Source: Macrostomum lignano
Taxonomy: Eukaryota
Reading direction: 5' to 3'
DNA: 32,311 nt
Assembly: GCA_002269645.1 (NCBI GenBank)
Contig: NIVC01004887.1
Coordinates: 1 to 32,311, forward strand
A program made the position numbers and the translations under genes. This document shows, piece after piece, positions 21,354 to 31,497 of this stretch. The notes beneath the pieces are model-generated. The model was not told the origin of the DNA. It saw nothing but the letters and a program-made list of their open reading frames with translations, and made no database searches. Each line of letters opens with the position of its first letter. Within the stretch, counting starts at the first letter, position 1.

Positions 21354-24300
21354 ATGGAGTCAATAATTTTCGGCTTGTTTATGCTGCTAGTCTGTTGCTG
21401 TTTTTGCTTCGATTCTGCCCAAGGTAAGCCAATTGATTTGCATTATCTAAGAGTCAGCAATTTTTTTACTCGTACCACGACGCCAGCTAAAAAATTCGGC
21501 TCTTAGCTGAGGGGTAGATGAGAGTGGAAGGCGAAAGATTAGATAAGAGAATAGAATGGGAGAGAAGAGGGTGGGGGAGAGAAGAGGAGAGAGAGGAGAG
21601 AGAGAAATGAGAAGAGACACAATTCACAAACCCTAAGCAGGCCGGATTGCTATTGTGAAGTTTCAAAGGGCCCGAGGGCCGGATAAAGAGGCTTTGTGAG
21701 CTGCATGTGGCCCGCGGACCCGAGTGTACTAGCCCCTGGGCCAAGTGAATATTAGCGGTGTCAGTGACTTGGGCTGACCAGATAAGCATCAGTGCCAAGT
21801 CGTGCGGCGCATACATGTACAGCTGGTGCAGGCGGTGCTAATGTACACCATCCCGTCATATATGTCTCTGTCAGTGGGGAGTAGGCGTCCTGCAAGGAGA
21901 GGCAGAGACCAGGAGATTGCATATGTGCAGCTCTTTAACGCTCTACAATTGCTTTGCAGGATCCTGCAATCCTGCTCGCTACACGCAACACAATGGTGCC
22001 CTTACGATCAACTCCGGAGTCAGTAGCCAAGTCAGTAACATCTCTGGAGTGGAATCCCTGCAGGGTTGCCTGACTCTGTGCCGGATGAGGGACTGCGTTG
22101 CTCTCGAGTACCGACCGAGCAGCGGTCTTTGCCGGCCGGTGACTGTCTCAAAAGGATCCAGCGAGTCCAGAGTCCTGGGGACAGAGCCTGGCTCTGAAGT
22201 TTTCAAGCTGAAGAATTTTGACTCTGTGATTAATTCGATATTAAGCACCAACATCACTCTTCTCTTCACAAGTAAGCCTTGCTTTTCGTATTAAAAGCAT
22301 TTTGTAACCATAGTTGAGTAAAAATTAATTTGAGAACACATTTCAGACACCAGCACTGGTCAAAACGGCAGCATACAGCAGACAACAATAAACGTGACCG
22401 GCTGTTATCGCATTGAGATTGCTGGAGCCGAGGGTGGTAACAACACCGGCAGAAGTAAATATGGCGGTAGGGGAGCCCTGGTCGCTAGAAATGTCAGCCT
22501 GACGGCCGGCAGCGTGCTGTCCATTGTCGTTGGTCAGGCTGGTGGCCACGCGATATCCGATTATGTTGGAGGTGGCGGCGGCGGTGGAAGTTTTGTGTAC
22601 CGTGCATCGGACAGTGAGCCGCTCATGGCGGCTGGCGGTGGCGGCGGAGCCTCCAGGGACAACCATGGTTCGTTTACCTTTTCATTTTAAGTAGTTTTCT
22701 TTTCAATACGTACTAATCAGTAAGAATATTCCAAAATATCTTAATTCGAAGTATATAAACTTCAAGGCACAATTTTGACTTCACACTCAAAATCAGAACG
22801 CTTTAAAGTTAATTTTTAATGAAACATCTGCGCTTTCACAAATGAAAAAAAATCGTCAGCTTTTAAGTTAAATGAATTGCTATCTCGTACATGGTGAAAA
22901 CCTCTCTCCAGAGTAGATCGGTGAAATAAATTTAATTTATATTTTGTTAATTTTTTTGGTAGCTCGTAGTCTCTGCACGAGCCTAGTCCGTTATATTTAT
23001 AGTGTTATGGCACCGGAACGCATAATGGTACTAAATAAACCTAAAGTTATTTACATCCACTAAAAAAGGTTAAACACTTTTCTTCAGGACGCCCCGGTCA
23101 GGCTGGAAGAAACGGTTCAAACTCTTACGGCTCAAGCCAGGTAATTTTATGACACTTTGTTTAGATAATGCTCGATAATAAAGACGTTTTGATGGCTACT
23201 AAACGCCTTTTAACAAAGCTCAAAACAAGCTTTTTCATTTAGTTGATCCCCATCTACTAAGTAGATTAGAAAAGGACAAAAAAAATAAATTTTAAAGCAG
23301 GATTCAATGTCATAACAACTAAAAATGTTAAAAAAATAGACCAGAAACAATTCGAATAAACCGTATCAGGACCTGAGTTGCATCAAATCTTGACACACTT
23401 GTGAAATTCGTATAGTAGCTACTTACATGTAAATTTGGCTATAGTAAAAAACTATAGCGCATTCTAGTATACTATACTATACTCCTATACTATTCTACAT
23501 ACTATTAGCGCATTCAACTATACTATTAAACTATATGCGCAGTCTACACTATTTATGCATTTTAGTAGTTCTTAGTAGTAGAAATAAGGTTTTTGCATAT
23601 CTAAAAGTGAATTATTAGTTTGCCTGGTAAGTATTAAAGACCATAGCTTGCTGGAGTTTTAGTTTCAGTTGTAGCTAGCTATAGTACCTATCGAGCTCTA
23701 GCTTGTATATTAATAATTTTGGCTCGACCAAATTAATTTATGATTAAATTAATGATTAATTTTTTTGGCTCGACCGCTATAAATACTATAGAGAGAAGCT
23801 AAAATATTGAAACGTAAAATAGAAAATGCCACTACTATACTTTTAGCGTTTCTTGATATTTTTCTTATAGCTAGTAAAAATTGCAGAATATTGAATGTTA
23901 CAATTAGTTATACCGATACATATGATCTACTATTAAAAAGAATATAGCTAAGGAAAATACGACAAAAATATTTACAAAACTATGAGTAATTTTTTACAAC
24001 ACACAAAAATTTATACAGCACTTTGAGATCGGCGTAGGAGGCATCAATGGACAACCGGGCAGTAATGATCCGTCTAGTGCGGAGTCAAACGAAAATTACG
24101 GTGGCTGCGGCGCTGGCTGGAACGGTAGAGCAGCCGTTGCGACCAGTAACGAAAATGGTGGCGGAGGTGGTAGCAGGTATGAAAATTGGATTGGCGGCTC
24201 CTCCAGCCAAGGCTCTTCCTACGGCTTGGGCGGCTTCGGTGGCGGCGGAGGAGCTGCTACGGGCGACGGTAGCCCAGCCGTAGGTACCGCTGGAGCTGGT

Positions 24301-24477
24301 GGCGGCTACAGTGGAGGCGGAGCTGGACTTGATGACGATCTTTCTGGCGGAGGCGGCGGCTCCTTCTGTGGCGGTAGCGGCTGCGTGGCCACCACTGGCG
24401 GCAACACGAACAGTACCAAGGATTTGTTAGGATTATGTTTGATTTTGTTATCCCCTACACATGCGCTTGAGGTCTAG
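21354..24477 (+). CDS. Gene B: secreted PAN/Apple + ALK/LTK-type glycine-rich domain protein, join(21354..21423,21960..22271,22347..22667,23088..23140,24019..24477), 404 aa
   Basis: The spliced frame is open throughout (1215 nt). Features: signal peptide MESIIFGLFMLLVCCCFCFDSAQ|G, PAN domain, GCYRIEIAGAEGG...GGGGGGGSFVY...LMAAGGGGGA...GGFGGGGGA...GAGGGYSGGGAG...GGGGGSFC. Splice sites are G|GTAAGC, A|GTAAGC, G|GTTCGT and CAG|GTAATT, with the same phases as gene A. The last ~20 aa are non-homologous to A and C. Confidence 0.88.
21638..21738. mobile_element. hAT-like relic in intron 1 of gene B (homologous to 9627-9733)
   Basis: ggccggat...ggcccgcggacccgagtgtactagcccctg. Confidence 0.5.
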
Positions 24478-24904
24478 AAATTAATCAGGGATATGGAGAG
24501 CATAGGGTGGCGGCCGAAAGTAACACTCATTACAGCTAAAGCAAAATATAATTTTTGTTTAGAAACTTATGCATCAAACCAAAGCCAGGGGAACCGGGAG
24601 CAAGATGACAGCGTCACGGGGAAATAATAATTGAGTCTCCGGGAAATTAACGGGAAATTAACGGGGATTAACTGGGGTGCCAGATTCTCAGGTAAAGAGA
24701 CGGTTAAGAAGTAGGCATAGTACCTACGATCGTAGGTTATGCGAAGCCGATACCACTCGTATAACCAAAAATCCTACATATTAGGAATAATGTAGCAATA
24801 TACTACACGAGGCCAACTCCTCCGTTGGCGGAGTGAGGGGATAGAACTCCATCGCCAGAATTTCATTCCCCGAAACCATCAGCTGAATCCAATGACACGA
24901 ATCC

Positions 24905-26590
24905 CATCGTCCAAATCCTCTCCAAATCCTATATTAACCTCCCAAAAACCATGTTGTTTTACCTGTGTGCAAAAATTGACTGCCTGCCATCGTCCAGACT
25001 GAGACTCTCGTCTGTCTCCTCTCTCCTCTTTGCTCTCTCATCTCTAATCTCTCCTATGTCCTCTCTGCTCTCTCATCTCTAATCTCTCCTATCTCCTCTC
25101 TGCTCTCATCTCCTCGCTTATCTATCATTTCTCATGTCTACTCTCTTATCTCTCCTCACTACTTTCTCCTCTCAACTTTTTCCTCTCTCCTCTTTTATCT
25201 CTTCTCTCTCCTCTCCTTTATCTCCTCTCTGCTCTCTCATCTCTCTACTTTCTCCCCTCTCCTCTCTCCCTTATCCTCTTGCTTCTCTCTCCTCTCTCTC
25301 CCCTCATCTCTACTAATTTATCTCTTCTCTCTCGTCTTTTGGCTCTACTCCCTCTGTCTCCTCTTTCTCCTCTCTTACCCCTCTCCTCTCTCCTCTCAAT
25401 TCCTTCATCTCTTCTCTCGCCTTTATTCTCTTTTTTTCTTTTCTCTAATCTGTCCCTTTTAATTCTCTCTTTTCATGTTCTCTTTCATCTAATCTTTTAT
25501 CTACTCTAGCCTTTTCTCTTTTCTCTATTCCCTTTCAATTTAACCATTTCATCCTCTCCATGAAACAGCTATCATCAAAATCCTCTCCGTTAAACTGCAA
25601 TCTAGCTTGTATCATCCTCCTTCAAGCTACAATCCATCGATTTAAAAAAATACTATCTCTATCAAATTTCAGTCAATCAAGACTATGAAACTGAAGTCTA
25701 TAAAAATATGATTTTTACTTGTCTGGGTATACGTCAAAAAATCTTCCAAATCTTCCAAATCCTCCATAAAACCTCTGAAATATCATAGCATGTTTTCCCT
25801 GTTTACAAAAATTGACTGCCATCGTCCAGACTGAGACTCTCTCCTGTCGCCTCTCTCCTCTTTGCTCCTTTATCTAATCTCTTCTTTCTGCTTCCTGCTC
25901 TCCATCTCCTCTCTCATCTCTACTCTTACTTTCTTATCAATCACCTCCCATCTCTCATCTCTCCCCTCTATTTTCTCATCTCTATTCTCTCATCTTTCCC
26001 CTTTTGCTCTCTCATTTGTTTTTTCATCTCTCTCTTCTCTCCCTTCTCTTCTCGCTTCGCTCTCTCCCCTCTTCTCTCTATCTCTTCTCTCCTGTCTTCT
26101 CTCAATTCTCTCTATCTCTCCTCTTCTCTCTCATCTCTCATCTCTACTCGCTTATCTATCGCCTCTCCTCTACCCTGTCCTCTCTCTCTCCTCTTTTTTC
26201 TCTCTCGTCTCTCCTCTCTGCTCTCAATTCTCATACTCCTATTTTCTCTCTTACCCTCTCCCTCTTCATCTCTCATCTTTCCCCTCTTCTCTCTACCGTC
26301 TCCTGTCTCATCTCTCCTCTCTCTTCTCTCTCCTCTGTACTATCTTATCCCTCCTCTCTCCTCCCATCTTTCCTCCCTCCTTTGCTCTCTCATTTTCCTC
26401 TCTCCCCTCCTTTCTTCCCTCTACTTTCTCTTCTCTTCGCTCTCCCTCTTCATCATTCCCGCCTCACTCCCCTCTTCTCTCCCCTCTGGCTCTGTCGTCT
26501 TTAATCTCTTATCTCTCATATCTACTGTCTTTCTATCATCTTTCTATCCTCTCTTCTCCTTGAAATCTCTCTTCTCTTTACTCTCTTATC
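24905..26590. repeat. Two tandem units of a short head followed by a long CT-rich polypyrimidine tract
   Basis: The head aaaaattgactgcc(tgcc)atcgtccagactgagactctc occurs at 24971-25009 and 25807-25841, each preceded by ccaaatc-type repeats. CT-rich bodies span ~25010-25560 and ~25842-26590. Confidence 0.85.
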
Positions 26591-27914
26591 TGACGGACTG
26601 AAAGCGCCGATAATCAAACCAATTGAAATTTGTTACCCGCCTCCTCCATTACTGAATTTACTCAAATGATAGCTGGCCTGAATTTGTGTACTCAACCCCC
26701 CCCCCCAACTACAATCTTGGCAGAAATTTTAAAAGTATGGAATCGTTTTTTCAATGCTGTGCTTTTTGTTTTCATATTTAAAGCAAATAACTTATATCCC
26801 CGAATTCAGCGTTGCAAGATCCTTCCAGCAATATAAGTCTCTCCTCTCAAAGTTAAAAAAAAGGAACAGTTAACGTCTGAACTTCCCGGTTCAAAGCATT
26901 AAGTATCGAGTGTACATTCACCTGCCTGCTGTTTATTCATTGAATTTCACTGCCCAGCTAATATACAGACAGGCTGCCTTTTGAAAGGCGCCGATAGTAA
27001 AACCAATTGAATCTCGACACAGTCCTATCTATCTGTTTACAATGTACATTGCTATGTACACTCAGCCCAAACCAACCCTCCGTTCTGGAGGGAAGCATTA
27101 AATTTAACTGAACCCCCCAACACGCGGGGTTTTATTAGCATTGAACCCAGAACACGCATCAACCACCCCTCCAATACACAGCGACCTGCGGGGGGAGGTT
27201 GGGGTGGTTGTTTTTACAATAATGCCACTGGAGAGGCAAAGTGGCCAAAGAAGGTTAAGAAAACAGCTTTTTGCTTTTTTAACGGACTTGACTTTTAATT
27301 TTTCAACATTAAAATAGCCTATTTGTTGCGTAGGAAAATTCTGAATTGATATATGTACGTCCGCATTTGAGTTGCCAGCCGTCTAGGAGGAGATACGCGT
27401 TAAACCCGGCCGGTCGATCGATCCACTCAGCTTTAGATATAAGATATATATTATTATTCTAGATATCAGTGGCTGCAACATGTTTTATTCGATCATATCT
27501 TTACTAAAGCCACAGAAATGTAGGATTTTTTTTCTTTTATCATTGTTTTTTAGAAAGCTAAAAATTTGAAAACGTTTTTTGATAATCTACGTAGTTTCCA
27601 CTAGTCGGTAGGGTGAATATGTGACGCACCGAAATGATAGGCGACAAAAATGTTTAAGCAACGCCATGCAATTTAAAGCCATTGAATTTCCTCATTGAAT
27701 TATTGAGTACCAGTTTGCCACTGCTGTTTGACTAAATTGCTTTATAAGATAGATGTCCCCCTATAGATTTCCCTTTTGATATATACATTCACTATAACAT
27801 GGTATTTCGGTATCTAATTATACCATTAATCTATATCTACCGTATCAATTTTGTAATATCAGACTATAAGACTAAGAGCTAATTGTTCAATAACTTTTCC
27901 TGCGTTATCTGTAA

Positions 27915-28295
27915 TAATGTTTACATATGTACCTACGTTTACCTATCTACTCATGTTCACCTATTTACTCATGTTTACCTATGTAAGATTTACCTATGTT
28001 TGCCTATTACCTCAAGTTTGCCTGTTTAGTCAAGTTTGCCTATTTACTCATTTTTACCTATATGTACATAGGGTTACCTACGTACAATTTTTTAAATGTT
28101 TGCCTAAAATGTTTTGCCTACTTATGTAGTTATGTTTGCCTATCTACTCATGTTTGCCTTTTTACTCATCCAACTACACTAAATGTTCACCTACGTACCT
28201 ATGTTCACCTATTTACTCATGTTTGCCTATTTACTCACGTTCGCCTATTTAGTCACGTTTGCCTATTTAGTCATGTTTACCTAGGTTTACTTTAT
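27915..28295. repeat. Degenerate ~18-bp minisatellite (CATGTTTGCCTATTTACT)n
   Basis: Repeated tgtttgcctatttactca / tgttcacctatttactca units. Confidence 0.85.
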
Positions 28296-28903
28296 ACGTA
28301 CTTATGCGTTCCTTATGTCAAGACCATAACGTCACGCTTGTAACTCTTGCACACTTGCCTGCATATACATATGCTATATAGTCAGTTTGCCCAACGCAGA
28401 TGTTTTTTCTCTTCGATGTTGCTGAAAATATACGAAAGAATTCTCTATTTCTTTTTTATTATCCTACAGAAAGTGCATTTCGATCTCGCCTCTTTCCCAA
28501 TCTGAGGAACAACAACTTCCTATGTGTAATTTATCGGTGTAGGACTGAGAACCATCCAGTTCTTCTCAGTTGTCATTGTTCTCAGTCCTGCTACAGTTGG
28601 ACGAATTTAAGCTAACATTTTAACTGATCAAAAATTAAGCAATTCAAAAAAATTTAAAATAACAAAACCGTATACAACAGGAAGTTTAGCACAGTAAAAA
28701 ATAGAAGCATCTTGTAAGCGCCTAGCGTCAAGTATAGTGGCCGTAAATATCACTCAAAAGTATTTCAACAGTGTTGGCGTCACTATTGATGCTAAGTCTA
28801 ATTTTCTTTGCCGGTTTAGCACTCACTAGGTCGCTTTGTTTCATAGCTTCAACAAAGCGTTCAGGCTCGGTTTAAATAGACGCGGACTTGATGGCTGACT
28901 ACC

Positions 28904-29088
28904 TTATTGAAGAGCATGAGATATTTTAACATAATCTTGTGCGTCAAACTGAATATATCGCTCAATAGCTGTCGAAGAGTGTCCTATAACACGAGCGATG
29001 TCCCCTCTAGCAAAGCCAGCACGATCGTACCCTCTTACGATGTAGGGTACTTGCGCCAGTCTTGCTTAGCTAGAGACTGTTGAGTGTA
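28904..29088 (-). mobile_element. Degenerate tyrosine-recombinase C-terminus, Crypton-like DNA transposon relic
   Basis: After removing a 16-nt insertion flanked by ACGAT repeats (29021-29041), the minus strand reads NSL*LSKTGASTLHRAGFARGDIARVIGHSSTAIERYIQFDAQDYVKISHALQ*. This fits the HSLRxT...G...I...GH.S....Y...S..L box of Crypton/DUF3504-type recombinases. Confidence 0.6.
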
Positions 29089-30504
29089 CTATTTAACTAT
29101 TATCTGGAATTTCTCAAATTTTCTTCGACAGAGGGATGGGCTGAATCAATCCAAAATAGTGTGTTTATTATGTCTAAGAGTGTTTTTGTGTCTTTTAGTG
29201 TCACTGCCTCTGTCTAAAGCTGATGGCGAGAACTTCGTTCTGGAAGACGGTGGAGCAGGTGCCGGTGTGTTGGGAGAAGGTCGCCACAGTTCTCCCTCCA
29301 GACACGATGCAGTAGCCGTCGCCAGAGGCGGAGTTAATTTGGGACCCATCACTGAAGCAGTGGATTTCATGGGGTTTCCAGTTGTCTTTTGATTCATGAC
29401 GTGGTGGTTTTGAATTTGAGCGGAGGGCAGAGCATGGACGGGATTCCGTCCGAGAGGGTCAGCAGGCCTCTCGCTGCTTCCAGCTATCGCAGGCTGAGGT
29501 CACCGAGCGGCCGGGCTAAATGTCTTTAGACGACAGGTGTGTCAATAAATTCAGGAGCAGGTCTCAGAATTTTAGTGCTTTCAAAGATACCGTAAAAGCC
29601 TTCTCTTTTATCTGGATTCAGTACATGAGTTAGGTTAGATTCAGAGCTATAAAGTGCGTCAAAGCATCCGCATGATTTGTAAAACATTTATGTAAAGTTA
29701 CGGACTATACTCATCCATTGATAGCTCTTTACGAGCTATAAAGTGCGTCAAAGCATCCACACAATTTGCAAGATAAATAATTTCTTGCGTTCTCTTCCAA
29801 AAAGTTATTCGATTAACTTCGAACAAAGTCGGTTGCTTCTTTAACAATCAAAAGTAACTGTAGCTTAGAATCGAATACGGGATTAAGTAATTTTATCCTC
29901 AATTGAACATACTACTCGTGTTTTGCTGTCAGCCAGTGGTAAAAACTCTTTACTCGTACGTTTAACATGAATGAGTAAATCAATAGTAAAACAATTGGTT
30001 ATTATCATGTATTGGTCATGTATTTGCCTGATGCTGTGCCGGTGAAAGGCTGCGTTGCGGTGGTGTTCCAGAAGAGCAGCAAACTCTGCCGGCTGCTGCT
30101 GACGGTACCAGAGGTGTCTGGGTGCGTCGGCAGTAACCCGACGAGACGTTTGAGAACCGAGGCTCAATCGATAGTGCTCAAGATTGAAACCTTGATGAAT
30201 TAATGGGCCTGGACACTAAAATCAACGTGAGACGCTTCGTCACGAGTGAGACTTATTGTCAATGCTCTCTCGATTTAGTCGAGACTAACAGACTTGAAGT
30301 TTCAATATACCCGTTTTTGCAAAACAATATAAAATCGAAAGAAACGATTTCTGCGGAGACGAAACGCAGCAACATAAGCTCACTTATGAAAATATATTTT
30401 TACACAGTTCCTGATGAAAATTCGCCAGCACAGAAGATTCCGCTGTTGTCGCCACTTGTGAAGGTGCAGGTGAAGTCTCTCAATATTTGCGAGTGACGCA
30501 AATT

Positions 30505-31368
30505 AGGCAGCTTCGTGTACTGGGCATCGGACAATGGTCTGCTGATGGCTGCTGGCGGAGGCGGAGGCGCATCTTACCATGTATCAGTACGATAGTGAGA
30601 GTTGTCGATTGATTTTTATTAACAACTTGACAATATGCATCAAATGCAGATATAGTTTATTCCGCATCGTCAACTATGACTCACTTTTTTAGGACAGTCA
30701 GGTGAGGCGGGAAATAACGCAACGGGATCTGTCGTACCGAAGATGTAAGTCGGTGCGATTTAGAAAGTTTTTCTTTTCATGAAGCGTTTAGACTTCGTAG
30801 GTAAAATTTTATAAGCCCTAACTTTAAAAATCACCAAAACGTTACTACTCTAAGTAGTAGCACTTCTAAGCATACAACTCAATTTCGCTCAGTGAAACAG
30901 CAATACTTTAGATTTAAATGGTTTCAGCCGAATCAGATGGGCATGGGAGGCGCCAACGGACAACCGCGCAGCAACGACCAGAGCACTGCGGCTTCCGAAA
31001 GAAACCCTAGCCTGGTGGCTGCGGAGCCGGTTGGCTTGGCAAGCCCGCCGCCGCCGCGCAAGCATCTCGTACAGAGACTGAGGCGGCAGTCGCGCCGACG
31101 GCTGGGTCGGTGGCAGCGCTGGAAAAGGCAGCCCAGCTGACGGCGGCTTCGGCGGTGGTGGAGGCGGAGGCGCGGCTGCCATAAAAGAAGCGGCAGGAGC
31201 CTGCGAAGGCTGCAGCGGCGGCAAAGCCGGGACTCACAGCAGTTACACCGGAGCGGCGCGGCTCTTTTCTGCGGCGGCAGCGGCTGCGTGGCCACCACGG
31301 GTGGCAACACGGGCAGCGAGCACGGCTTCGTGATGCTGCGACTGTCGGTCGACGGCTCCTGCAAGTAG
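30505..31368 (+). pseudogene. Gene C: 5'-truncated, frameshifted third paralog of the glycine-rich gene (end of exon 3, exon 4 30693-30744, exon 5 30928-31368)
   Basis: GSFVYWASDNGLLMAAGGGGGA; a 52-nt exon 4 (53 nt in A and B); exon 5 GGANGQPRSND...GGCGAGWLG...GWVGG...GGFGGGGG...FCGGSGCVATTGGNTGSEHGFVMLRLSVDGSCK* spread over several frames (at least three shifts). No signal or PAN exon was found upstream. Confidence 0.85.
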
Positions 31369-31497
31369 TAACTCTAACGGTCACTTTTGCAGCAAAAAGT
31401 GATTATCTTACATGTATGCGGAAAATATCGAACTCTGGTTACGGTCTTTGAGTAGCGGTTTGAACAACCCTTGTATAAAAATTTTACATTATAACAG

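Noticed and set aside
25134-26563. Leu/Ser/Pro-rich hydrophobic ORFs up to 233 aa
   Set aside because: Translation of CT-rich low-complexity DNA, which lacks stop codons by composition.
27917-28343. ORFs with HVCLF/TYV repeats
   Set aside because: Translation of an 18-bp minisatellite.
29644-29758. 26-bp direct repeat GAGCTATAAAGTGCGTCAAAGCATCC, two copies 89 nt apart
   Set aside because: Only two copies; a local duplication, not an array.
29146-30496. Short ORFs and stop-interrupted minus-strand frames upstream of the recombinase relic
   Set aside because: Possibly more of the same element or host sequence, but no motif could be recognised, so no call was made.
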